NCBI GenBank assembly: GCA_030141605.1
Contig: JAQGDQ010000170.1
Location: 248,001 to 312,000, forward strand
DNA: 64,000 nt
Direction of reading: 5' to 3'
Origin: Tubiluchus corallicola
Taxonomy: Eukaryota; Animalia; Priapulida
The notes below the pieces were generated by a model that was not told the origin of the DNA, ran no database searches, and saw only the letters and a list, made by a program, of their open reading frames with translations. Both the position numbers and the translations under genes were made by a program. Positions 36,056 through 50,200 of the stretch are shown in pieces (within the stretch, counting starts at the first letter, position 1; the number at the start of each line of letters is the position of its first letter).

Positions 36056-39000
36056 CTAAAAACAGAAATCATAAGCATTAAACTATTTCTTAACTGATGC
36101 TACTAATGTAAAATACGCTATTGTGTTTTTACCAGCACATTTTGCAATAGCAGTAATGCACACAAATACGTGTAGGCATAACATCTGCTAAAGAATTGAA
36201 CATGATGTGGTACTTTTAAATGTTAATTTAAGCTTGTTAGAGAAACTTTTCATTATTACAATTTCTAGGAATATTAAGAAATAATAAGTTGGGAAGCCAC
36301 ATAAATGTTAAGTGCATATGCTTGTCATGTTATTTGTGTAACTACTAAACAGCATGTCATCATGGTGAAAAATTGCTTACTTTGGTTAAAAGTTTGTGTA
36401 ACTGCACAATGCTAGAACTTATCAAGGTAATTAATTTCTGAATATGGGAGTCAACTGGAAATCATCCAATATGAGCATCATTTTCAAAATGGCCAACAAA
36501 CAGGTTATTGCTAGCTTATAAGCCCACACGATGCTTCTGATGTCTATATAATAGAGGTTTTCAAGGTCAAAGAATCCATATCTGCTGCTTTAAAAACACC
36601 TATCACATCACCTTATGCAGGATTATATATAGGACTGATAATACATGTAGATGCTGCAAAAGTAGATGTAGATTAAATGTAGATGAAAACTGCTCTACTT
36701 AATTTCACCTAGGTAAAGTGGTTGATATTTTTTAAAAACTGAATATTATTTGTTGCCTACTGGGGGTACTATGAAAAGAGGTAATGTTGGTATGGTAAGT
36801 GGGTGTTGCAGCATTTATTCAATTGTACAAACAGGCATGTATTATTTTTACTGGTAAATTTTTTGCAGATAATAGAAGAGGATTCTTCCTAAACATCATA
36901 GTAAATAAATGGTTTTAGATTATTCTTCTGCTAATGGTAGCTTTTACTAGAGATTTAAATAAGATATGTTTTAAGGTTTATAAAAATTTTTGAAACAAAT
37001 TTCTTTCTGAAAATAAGATTCACTTTATTAAGACTATCAAATATGCATCAATAATAGTTAAAGCTTACGTGTCGAGTACAATAAGCGAGTTAAAAAAAAT
37101 CCGATTGAAATTTCAGCCAACTATTAAATGACTGACTGTCATGAAGAAGGTGATAAATATTTCACCTAAGTTAGTGATGAAACCAACCCACAATTATTGA
37201 ATCGCTAAAACCAAACTTGACAGAAAAACTCTGAAATCTGAACAAGCTGGCACAGAGCCCAAATACCCTTTGGATTACAATGTCCAATAGTCACAGCATT
37301 TGATTTGTAAAGAACATACAATGATTCCTGAGTTATATTTTCTTTTCTTTTCGCTTTCAAAAATTCAACAACTGTGGGTTCATTCCACCAATAACCAATA
37401 ATTTTGGAATAAATACTATAAATGAAATACGTTTCATAATGGTACCAAGTGATGAAAATATTTAGAAAATTTGGCACAAGCTTACTTAGTGTGGTCTGTG
37501 ATGATATCTTCTTCTGTTACATCACCACCTGTAACATCTTCTGTTGACTTTTCTTCCTCCTCTTCTTTCTGCCCATCAACTGTTTCTTTGCCCTTTTCCA
37601 CTTCTTCCTCTTTAGGTCTGCAAATTTAATTGGAAGTAGTAAGTACTTAATTATAAAAAATTCAGTACAAAGATTCCACAAATTACAAATGGTGTTGTGC
37701 AGGGCCAGCTCTAAGTAGTTTGCCTCCCTAGGCAACAGCTATTTTTAGGACCTCCTCTCAACAGTCAACTCCTTTCCCACAGTCCCTGTGTACTCCTCCC
37801 CCCCCCCCCACTCACAAAACTGAATTTTTGTTGTATATAATAAAACACAATGGTGCCTGTGTGTTAGGCTTATACAAGTATCATAGTGTACTAATTAACT
37901 CTAGTTAATTACCTATCTACAGCTTGTGTTGATTTCATTTGAAATTAAATTCATGATCTTATTGTACAGCCTGGGCTTTCAGGAGCAATCAAAATTTCTA
38001 CAATTTCGGCTGCATACTCTTCAAGTAATCTTGGTGAGATTTTCACTCAGCCTTTTCATCAGAAAATTTTTGAAATTCTGCCTATACTTTGTCACATACA
38101 TCCATTTTACTGTTTCACAACCTTTACAATCATAACTTTGATCTGGTTACAAATACTTTTTTGATATTCAGTGTCTTCCAGCCTTAGTACCTTTCGTTTC
38201 CTGTATTATGCTCTTGAAGACTTTGATTCTTATAGCTTTATCTGCCATAATTAGACAAGTGCTATTGCAAGAAATTTTTCTCTGCTGCTCTATGCACACA
38301 ACATAAACTGTTGGCAAAAGCTGGGTAATGTGCCAGTAATCCTTGCATGAGATGACGTAATATTAAAAAGTCAGGTAAAGCAAAAGAAAAAAGTGTTATG
38401 CTGAGGGAAGAGAGCTCCGTGTTAGCATCAATGAATGATATACTATGTCAGGAAAACAATTCAAGTAGCTCATTTCATTTAATTCACAGTTGCGAACTTA
38501 AGCAATTACATAGACACTACGTAACTACTTACGCTAAACTTAAAAAAAATTAAAAAAATTACTTGCAGAATTTGCCTAGTGGTAGAGCCTCTGTCCTGCT
38601 GTCATGGCATGATAATAGTGAAAGCAAACCTTTCATAAAAGTGTAAAGAAAAGCTGCCTGATAACACTGAAAGCTACTAATACATTATTATAAAATGGGC
38701 AAACAGAATAATAAAACCCTGGTGATCCTTACGCTGTATGATCAGTGACTATATCTTGTGTCAAATCTGCTGCTTCTGCCTGTGATTCATCAGCAGGCTT
38801 ATCTTCTTCTTCTGCTTCCGTCTTTTCTTCCACCTTTTCGTCCTTCTTCTCTTCTGCTTTCTCTCCTTCTTTATCCTTGCCACTATGAAGACAAATAACA
38901 GTTCAGTAACAACAGTGCCAAATAAGCACTTTGTGATAGCCAAACGAATAGAAGCACATCAGCACTACATAAGAAATATTATGAGTTTCTTTGCCAGATT

Positions 39001-42000
39001 TGAATCACATTGGTTGCTGATGAAAAAAGCAAGTCACAAGTAAAGCCAAAGAAGTGTAAGCAATACATAAATTTCAAGAAAACACCCAACAAAAAACAGA
39101 CAGAAAAAACAACCAGTATAAGAACCTTATCAAGACACTAGAAGTTTTTCTGCCCAACTTCAAAATAGCTAGGATTTACCTTGTGTAATTCCAATTAACT
39201 ATATAGACAAATACTTTTGCAGGTAATATATGTACATCTCACAAGCCAGGTAAATATGGGAAATGAGAATAAACTAATTTTATACAACATTCTGTCCAAC
39301 ATTATGCCCAAAAATTACCTTGTATCTGGCTCCTTTGCCTCCTTTTCAGGCTCAGGTTCAGGCTCAGGCTCTGGTTCAGGAGGCAGCGGTCGCATGCCTT
39401 CGGGAAGCTCCAAGACACACATTGCCTGTGTCGTGGTTCGGGCTGACAATGAAAACCGTGTCAGTTCGCTAGAAGAGTTGAGGTAGAAACCCTCTCCTTC
39501 TTGGGCAAATACGAGTGAGGCTATACCTCTGCAATGAAGAATCTGGTATTAGACAGAGACTGCATAACATGAATTTGCAAATACAGCTGGAGGAAACATA
39601 AATACTAAAATAGCAGTTGTAACATTAGCAATAATCAAAGTCATTGCAGTCATAAACCGAAAAATTTAATAATATTTTTTACCGGTCACCAACATGTGGG
39701 AACAGTCAAACAAACAATTTGGGCCAGAATTTCATTACATATTTTGACAGAAGCTACACAAAGGCCCACCATGAGAATTTACAAGAATCCAAAGAATCAG
39801 GGTTTGAATTAGCTCGGTTACAATGATTCTAGATTACAGAAACAGTGAAATTAAATTAAATAAATTTTAGTGATTAATTTCACTACTTTCAAAAATTATA
39901 TTCCTATCACTACTAGTATTTTTTCAGAATGAAGCTTAACAGTTTCTGATTCAATCTCGGAATGATTTAGAACTCTGGTGATTTTGACAAATGGCCATTT
40001 TCTACAACAAAGAGGTTTTCGCCTTCTTGTTTGTATTTCCGTTTTTGTTGACTGGGCATTAACAGTAAAATTTTTGATTTTTAAGCACCGCTGTGAAAAA
40101 ATTTAGATTCACGTTAATGAGCATTGGTGTGTCTGTTTAGTTTTGGGGATTTACAATGAAATTCTGGTCTTGAGATTAGCTTCTACTAAAAGAGTTGTGC
40201 CAGTGAATTCCAAAAATTACATTCTAACTTCACTTACTGAATGTCATCTTTGTCCATACAAGGTTTAAGAAGCTGCTTACGAAGTTGTGGAATACTGTAA
40301 ATACTGACTTCACCGTGTTGTGACAGGCATGTGATGCACCATTCACTATATTCTTCATCTGTAAGAGGAACACACAGAAACTTAGTCTGATAAATCATTC
40401 TAAGCAGATTAACTAAAATCAGCCAAACAATTACTTAACTGTTATTTAGGGGATTCAACTGTTCTTGTGTTGCTTAAGCTGCAGAGCCAGATTAGTTGCA
40501 TAAGTTTCTTTTCACTGCCGCTATTAATGCTATATATTACAGTATTATTCTCACATTATAGCAAGTCAGAATGCTTTTAAAAGAATTTATTAAAAAGAAC
40601 AGGTCGTAAATTTTTACCTAAAAGATCATTACCAATTGGTCTTCAAGTGCTAAGTACAGTGTTACATAATATAATAATCTGTTTTCCATTAAACAAAGAC
40701 TTTTGCACACTTAAAGCAGTAGTTGAACATACTTTGTAAAATTAAAACGTACATTGTATTGCAAAACTAGTAAAAATTAGCAGAATAAAAGGAATCACTG
40801 TGCAGAGTGGTAGGAATCTAATGAATAGAATCAACAGAATGATAGGAAATAACAGCAAACAAGGAAATTTCAAAACATAAAAAATTATCATGTGTAAGAA
40901 TGGTACAGACCATAAATAGTGAAGCACTGTGCTTGGTGTTTGAGGTAAGCTATTATTAGGTGGGGTAAAAGAAGAGAGAGGCAAAAAAGGTAATAAATAA
41001 TAATCCACAAAGCTAGATACATACTGACTATTTGTATGTGAGTGTCATCCACCTTATAACATTTTTTTTGCAAGTTCAAAATGGTACTTTAAACTCTGTG
41101 CATATGAAAATTTTATAATGCATTTAATAAATACATAAACACATCAATTTGAGAACATTGGCATAACAACAAACAAAAATTTGCAGAATTAAGCAATGAT
41201 AACAACATCGCACACACGATTTTGCACTAAAAAACAAAGCTGAAAGCTGGCATGCATCTTGCCTGGTAGCGCCACCACTGTCCCATCTTCAGATCGGGTC
41301 ACTTTTGGTACGATATCAACTGCATGTATTAACCATAATGCTTTTAATTATAAGGCAAAAAAGGGCAATACTGTATAGCATAAAAAGGTAATAAAACTAA
41401 AAAATCACAAAATTTAAAAAAATATCAATTAAATTCTAAACACCAATAAAAAAATTTGTGAGTGTTTAGACATGATAGATAATAGCAATCCAGTGAAACG
41501 CTGCACAGATATATATCTGGTGTTATTATATAGTATGCAGTCCTGCTGAAATGCTATTGTTTTCATGTGTAAACATACCCTTATTATTCAGAAGAACAAA
41601 ATGCATTATAAAAGTCACTCTAGAAAAAAATTATTCTAAGACAATGCTATAATATTTGGATAACAACTAAGAGATAGCAAACTAACTTAAACTGATAAAT
41701 AAACAGTTACAGTAGAATTATTTTAAATATAAAAACTGGATTTATTATTAACTAATGTTTGAATGAATGCTAATATAATCCCTATAATAGTAAAGATTAG
41801 ATGTTTAGGTTGTACTATGTAAAAATAGAAAAATGTACAGGTAAATGTAGATGCAGAATCATGAAGATCTGCAAATTGTACTGAGAAACATGCAAATTCT
41901 GTTTAAAAAAAAGCAAATATGAAGAATATCTATCTTTTAGATTTTACTTCTACAATAGAAAATCCACTCTAATGCTTACTAGAAATATGGTTTAAAAACA

Positions 42001-44135
42001 TGCAAGTGAAATTTCTTGTATAACAAATACACAGTGTGTTTAGAATAAATTTTACATTCAGTTAAAAAACACAAACGAAACATACTTTTGCTGCTTGTAT
42101 ATTTGACAAATCCTATCTTGCGTACGAGTGCTCCATGATGTGAAACAAGTTTGTATTTCCCATGGGGCTTTAAGCTAGGAAGCTGAAATACCTGAAATTG
42201 TCAAATTAAGTTTAAAGTCACATGTAAAATACATTTATTTATGAAGAGGCAGAATATCATGATTTGGATCATTTTACAGACTTGCTTTCTAAACTAATAG
42301 TACTGTTAATCCTTCTAGGAGTATTTCAGTTTCTATAAATTAATGAAATGTATTGACTGATTAATTAACTAATTATTGTAGATATGTTATCAGGTTGTTA
42401 ATCATGATTTTTTATTTATTTTGAAACTGCGGATATTAGCTCCAATGTCAAATATAGGAGTACTCGACTACAGTCTGCTGGTAGAAAAAGCAGTAAGAAA
42501 TTTGTTTTTAGTGAGATGTGTGTCCGACCCCTAGTTGAGGAAAAACAATAATCATCAATGATTTTTCATGCCAACCATAGGATCCCTCCCATGTCTTCTC
42601 ACAGCAGAAGAAAATAACATCATTAAACAACTATTTTCCATTTTGTTCTACAACTTTGAAATTTTTGCTCATTAAAGACAGCAAGTTGGTGGCTCTTTAA
42701 ACACACTTATTATCAGGTCAATGACAGAGCATGTACATTGCTACTAAAACAGTTATTGAGCATAGGTTTTACTTCCTATGTAAAATTAATCATAGCTAAA
42801 ATTTCAGTAAAGAATTACACAAAGAAACTCAACAAAACTACAATTTCACCAAAAGTCAGCAAAATTCTACCATTAATGTTAATCACACAAAAGGCATAAA
42901 AAATCAACTTTTACAGTTCATGGTTTGCAATTACTAACCTTAAATTGCTCCATTGAGCATATAATAACTTTATGGTTTGCATCATTTGCAGCAGATTGCT
43001 CCTTTGTAATAGCTGCTGGATACACCGGGTAACCTTTATTGTCGATAACTTGGATCGCTGCCACGGCACCTCTGTGCTTCAACTGTATTTCTTTTGCTAA
43101 AAAAATAAACTGTGTTAGTTGTACATTAAATGAGGCACATTAAAAGCAAAAACTTGCAACATTAATTTTTGTAAAGTCAAGAAGCTTCATTTATGTGATG
43201 ATTAAAATGGCCTTTAAAAAAGTAAATATGAACAGAATGAAATAAAAGATAAATTACATTAAACAAAGTTGTAAATACAGCAACAGTAGTAATATTTTTG
43301 TGAAATTTGGAATGGGTGCCTGCGAATGCACTGTGGCAGTTATATTCTGTCAGTTTTACGGATTAAAATGTACGAAAGATGAGATACTAATTATGAACGT
43401 AATTCACAATAAAAACACCAGGCTTGCATAATATCACAATTATAATAGTATAATACATTATAATATAATAATAAGTGATAACTAGCGTAACAGTTGCATA
43501 CCTAACTGAGCAGTCACTCCTTCCTCTGTTCGCTTCTCTTCACCTGGCATGGTGATACTATAAATGTAAATGGTCCCGGCACTCGTTCCAGCCCACAGAG
43601 TTGGCCCAGCCGCAGCTCCTACATGAAATGTACAACAGTAACTGCAAGTGCTTTTCAGATTTAAATTCACGATAGCTTAGGGATTTGCACTGCCTTTCAG
43701 AACGATCTATCTATTGATTTCTTATACTATTTGCATTAAAATTTTGTCCTACTAAATAACAAAAAAGTTACAATTTATGAATGCAAGTGCAAACAAGTTC
43801 AGATATATGTTTGGAACTACCTGCCTTGAAGCCGAATAATAGAATAGTATTCAAATTCTTGCCACTTACAAGCTTGTTACATTCATCAAGGACATAATAT
43901 TCATCATCAAATACATTCATAATTTATAAACAGGTAATTATATACTAAATATTGTTTCGACTGAATGTACTTCTGATAATTCGTAATAAGAATATTATAT
44001 TTTGCACATTTTATAGGCACAAACACTGACTGTATTAGAAGTTCTAGTCTCTATCAACGTACTCTTCACAGCTTATACTTTATAAAGTAGCACTGTAATC
44101 TTATACTACATGTAATAAGTAAATAATAACAGACA

Positions 44136-44174
<39 letters not shown>

Positions 44175-44187
44175 TATAATAATAATC

Positions 44188-44238
<51 letters not shown>

Positions 44239-47200
44239 TAATAATAATACAATAATAAGTAACACTAACTACAATTGTAAATTAAGAAAATATTACATAA
44301 ATGCACTCACCAGTCACAAGGAATGTAGTGGAGAAATAGAGGCTTCTCACCATGGAAATCATACTGTCGTCCGTACTTGCTTCCAATACCTCGGGTGATT
44401 TTGATCTAACCTCTTCTTTCGCGCTAAACAAAAATTGTGTACAAAATTAGAGAAAAATATAGATGTTCCTGTTTAAATGATTGTGATTATAAAATTGATA
44501 CAGTTTTACTGAATAAAAAAACACATTGAATTTGTAGATGCTGGAATTCTGTAAGTGCATTCACATTCATTCCAACGTACTAACCAGTTTTTAAAACATA
44601 CCAAATAAAGTATATCACACTTCATTTGCATGAAAAAAATAGCAGAACAAATTATGCCCATAATACTCGTGCCAATTATATTCCATCTTTCTCTAATGCA
44701 AATGTGGGATGATGGGATGATGGTGCGGTGATTGCTTAACAACCAAGATCAAGCAATATTCAGCCTGGTCAATAATTGGATGCATAACAACTTTTATGTC
44801 ATTTCATCTGCCATAATTTCCCCAGCCATTTACCTTACTGTGGTGGAATGATTGCACATGGACAAAAACCAAATGTGGTTTACGCACCGTTTGGGTCTTG
44901 CCTTACCCATGTACATAGCTTAACAGCTTGTCTCATCGCATATACACTATAAACTCTGATTTAAAGAAACAGGTGACTACAGTATATTCAAAATGGTCAC
45001 TATTAATATACAGGGAAAACAAGACATAAAATGGCATTTTTGTAAAATATTCAACTTTGTCATTTAAAAAGATTCAAAATAATAGTACCCTTCATCTTTT
45101 GCAGACTCTTTCTTTTCTTCCTCTTTCTTGGTCTCTTCTTTTTCTTCAGGTTGAGCTGAAACATTACGGATAAATGAAGATAAACTAAAAAACGAGCTAA
45201 ATAATAACAGTAAAAAATAAGAGTAAAGAATAATGAAGCCAATTGTTTTCTGTGTTGTACACTCCTATAATTTGATAAATTCAAGCAACAAAAAAGTGTT
45301 TCAAGTTTCACAAGTTTCAAAACATTTATGTTACGAAATTACATTACTTTGTCATAATTTTATGTGAATGCACCATTCATGTTTGCACATTCTGTTCAAT
45401 ATCTATTAAATTTTCAGCAAACTTTGGCAGTTGGCAAGCTTCCTTAAAATGGGCTTTTTGTGCTACGAATCATTATTGTAAAATGTTAGTAAAACATTTG
45501 GATAGCTGCGCCACATGTCGTTACACAACTGTACTATGTGGACATAGCATGGCCAGACACTTTGCCATGTTTTGAATTCCTACTTGCAAACATCGAAATT
45601 TTCTTGAAGTTTCAGACATCCGACAAGTTTGAAATAAACTTTATCATTAACATTTTTAGTAAACAGAAAATCGATAAAAATATGTGATCTGCTGTATCGA
45701 CTGCTAGTAACAAGCTGGAGTGTCTTAAAAAAAATTCAATGCATGTAGCATGAATGTGTGACACTATACAACATAATGCCTACAGGAATTAAAATGAAAA
45801 GAAACCTGAATTTCTTTTAAAGTGGGTATCGTACACACACAAGCTTGTTACTAACCAATATAATTTTTCAAGCCGTTTTTTCGGAAGCTTAACATTAAAA
45901 ATCTCCTTTTTTGTATTTTATAAAACTGCTCATGTTCTACTATTTCATCAAAGTAAAAAATTAACCTGTCTTTTCTGTTTCTGCAGCAGTTTCTTCAGCA
46001 GGTGCAGGCTTTGGCTCAGCTGGTGGCTCCTGCGTATCTGAAACAGGTGCAGTTTCAGCCTCTGTTGCTGGTGAAGTTTCTTCTTTCTTCTCTTTCTCAT
46101 CTCCCTCCCCCTCTTTCTTTTCTGCTTCTGCGGGTGGTGCTGTTTCTTCTTTAACTGCTGTATCTCCAGCTTCTTTCTTCTCACTGTAAAATTATTGGAA
46201 ATCATTTTACTTCAATGTATAAAAAACGCAAAGCTATCAAAAAGTCTGTGTAACTAACATCAATGAAGATTACTAACTCTTTATGAGTACCTCAAAAGAG
46301 GCACACAAAAAATCGTGTTTTCCTTAGTTTGCGAATAATTGCAAATTGCGAACTGGTTAAAATTTTTTCATTCACCTAGTAAATAATTTTTTTTAATACC
46401 AGCTTTCTGCATTTTATACTGGGTGTTTTTAAGAAAACGTAAACTTGTTCAAAAACTGTTTACTAAAAAGTCAATGGACGCTTGCCTTTCTTTTGGTTCT
46501 TCTTTCTTCTTTTCTTTTTTCTCTTTCTTGCTCTCCTCTTCTCCACCTCCAGAAGTATGGGGTCTACGAACTCGTATCTGGCGGATACGTCGAAATGATT
46601 CACGAAGTGACTTGCGCAGCCTCTTGCCTTTCGCACCTACAACAGCAAGAAATGTATGGAACTTTAAAGTGTTACATCTGTATATATATATATACACACT
46701 AGATCGAGACTTTTCGTTTGACGTACAGATCAGCAAAAATGATGCCGTAGTTGGCGCTGTAGCCATCAATAATGAAAATAAAATTCCACATTTTGGAGTT
46801 TCATTATTTTGTGCAATTTACTTTGTGATTCTGATACTTTATGTGACCCTCTAATTTTTAATGCTTGGCATATTTTAACTAATCGCGAGTAATGCGTATC
46901 ATTCGATCATTCGAACTTTGCATATCTAATTGTATTTGTAATATAATTTTTAGATGCATATGGTACTTAATTTAGTTTAATATACATATACATTTCATAT
47001 AGATATGCATAAACATTTACATTTCTTGTATATGTGTTCATGGTATGCAATGCACTGAAATAAACTACCAATTAAATAAATAAATAAACAAATTTCGCTA
47101 AGACAAATTAAAAAGAAAAAGATTTCAGACCTCTTTTACTAGATAGTTTAGCAAAACACAATAAGCACAACCGAAGAAACTACAAAGCAAAATGGTCACA

Positions 47201-50200
47201 TAAATGAGCATTGTGTGCTACATAAACCGTTGCAGAACAACTTTGTAACTGAATACAAACCAGAATCGGTGGCTGCCATGGACAAAGCATCCAGAGTACA
47301 GCGAGAAATAACTTCCTTCTTTTGTACATAATCATAAAGGGTAAAACCGTGTGCTGTGCCACCGGCAACCAAGCCCCACTCGTTGCACAGAGACAATGCA
47401 GTACAAGATGCTGGAGGCGTCATCTGGAGCACAGTTGTGGGCTGAAATCCAGGAGGAAGTTTCTGAGCACCGTCTTTTGGAGTTAGAGCCTCATGGCCTT
47501 TCCAAATGAAATTGTCTCTGTCATTGACAATCTGAACATAGACCTCCTAAAAACAGAAATATTCAATAAACTGTTCATCTTTTTTACTATTCAGTATGAA
47601 CAATGTGAATAAGTACGCAAGCAGCTTCAGTAATTCACAATCAACAGACACATCGTTTTAGCTTAGTACAATGAAAAATAAGGCATCTACAGTAGAAAGC
47701 ACAACATTATCACAATCTTGATAAAAAACTTCACTCAAGAATGTAGTTTTGAATTTATTGTTTTACACAATATAAACAATGCCTTTCTTAATGATATCAT
47801 TAGAACTAGACAAAAAAATAAAGATATAGGAGTTGACTAGCATTGAGTAATCAACTAATTGTTAACAGATATCTGCAAAATCATAAACTTACATGAAGTT
47901 CAACCTCCTTTTCTTCTGTTGACATTTGAAGTACAATGACCTGTCCGGCAGTGCCGCCAATACTTAATGTTCCTGTGCTGGGACAGAGTGCCAGTTTCTG
48001 AATGCCAAATCGGGGATCATCACTGTATGGATCAAATGTGCCAGTCTGCAGAGGAAAAAATGAGACTAGATCAAACAGCTTCAAATAATTATCAAAAGCA
48101 ACTTGGAATCTGCAAAACTGTGATGCTAAAATTCAGCAATCAGTTTGAAAGCTTGTTTATCATTGTTAGCAGATATCTACAACGGTCAGAACAATGTAAA
48201 TTAAAATATTACATACAAAATGCAAGAAAAAGTAAAAAAGGAACAGAGGTACAGTTTAATTACTTATAAATCTATTGAAGCCTACAAATAATATTGCCGT
48301 ATGCTTAACAACTTTTAAGCCTTTATAATTGTGCAGGTTTGACAAATACAAGTCACTAACGAAAACGAATTCAACATCTATTCGGTGTTTTTAAAAAAAT
48401 CAACAATAGAATAGCAGCAAGTCTTTTACCTTGCACTATTGGCATGTTGTCACTTAAATCTTGTTAGAGACATAAAATATTGTACTATGGGTGATAATCT
48501 AGATGACACAGTTTTTTACAATCCACACACATAGTAAAGTGAATACCATATGCTATAAAATTAATAAAGCACAGCAAACGTAATATCCAATTTTTGTGTG
48601 CAGCTCCGCAAAACTCACAACTATTGCACTCATTGCAAAATGCATTAAGGCGTCAGTGTGCAGGAACTATATACAGTGCAGTCTGCGTAACACACACATA
48701 TTTGTACCTACTTAAATTGATGCCAAATTAGAATTAGATTGACTTTTGTTGAGTCACACTTAATTCTTCAGCATTATTTTAGTGATGTTGTAATAGTAAT
48801 AATAATAAGAGTAAGTAATTTTGTTTGGTGTTCACGTTAAACTTTAAAGACACGTACATACATTTTAGATGTACTTGACTTTAAAAGTTTAAATGTCTGC
48901 AGTCCAGTATCTTAGCATATGTGACTATGTGGATTAATAGCTATAAGCTAACTGTATTAGTGAAAAAGGAAGTAAACTACCAAATGCATACCAGTGCACA
49001 ACCCACTGCAAACTATAAAATATAAGCGTAACATACATAAGAGTCGAAAGCGCTCACTTTGCGGAAAGGTGGCCATTCTTCCTCATGATCTTGTGTTGGC
49101 TCATGATCACTTACAAAGTACGGAGCCGTCACTAGCTTGTAAATCAGCCTCATGGCAATGCCGGATGCATCCCAGAACCGTACTGAACCATCTTCATGTC
49201 TGTAAAAATGTTGTTTGCAAAAGAGATGGTAATAAAAGAAGTTCAATGGTGAGAGAACAATGTTGACATGCTAATTCTAAAGTGGAAAATGAAAAAGATG
49301 AATGAAAAAACAGAAATTGAATTCACACACATAGGCACTGTAATGTATGTACATTCTACAAAATTGTTTTTTAACCATATGTTGAAAGAGTGAAATAAAC
49401 AAATATAATCTTCACTGAATACCCAGTAAGAAGAAGATCTCTGTGGTCTCCAGCATCTGTCAGGTTCTTGCCACCAGATAAAGGCCATTCCTAATAAAAT
49501 AAAGTAAAAATGTTAAAAGTGTGACATTCTCCTTTCTGAATACATTTCTAAAAAGGCTAAAAGCCTAGAACTGTTCACTGGTAAAAATGTTTAAGCAATA
49601 TTTTTAACAGTTACCACTTTCTTCATGCTTTACATATTACTTATATGATATTATTGTAACATATTAAATCAATACATTAACCAACGTAATTAATCTTACT
49701 TATACAAATATTCACATGAAACGCATTACTTGGCTAGTACTCAGTGCTCGAGGTCATGGGCTGTGGAATACAGTGCTAAACATTTCTTTTTTGTTTAATA
49801 AATGCGTGGCTTAATACAACTTATGTTTAGATACAAACTATAACGGTGTTCATAAATACTTTAATGACGTCAGTGTCATAACTCCAAAATTCTTGCAGCA
49901 AACCTGCAAAAAAATACTAAATGAACTCTGTCAAAATTCAACATACTTTCTTGGAGAAGTCCTTTGCTTGATTATCTCCTGCCGCAATCAGGGCATTCCA
50001 CAGTTCTTCTGGAATGTTCCCGACATGAGATGAACATGTGATGGCGCTAGCATGAAGACTGGCTAAATAAGGCAAACGCATTGTTGGCCAAGCATCGTCC
50101 AGCAGATCAATAAAGATGATCTCTTCTTCCAACAATACGATAAGCGTGTATGGATTATCAAGTTCTAAATAAAAATTAAAATATTTAAGTGACAATTTCA

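Noticed and set aside
37517-46205. Lys/Arg-rich short ORFs (37517, 38761, 45060, 45948) and antisense Ser/Phe-rich ORFs
   Set aside because: Alternative frames or antisense of the GAA/AAG-rich lgl exons
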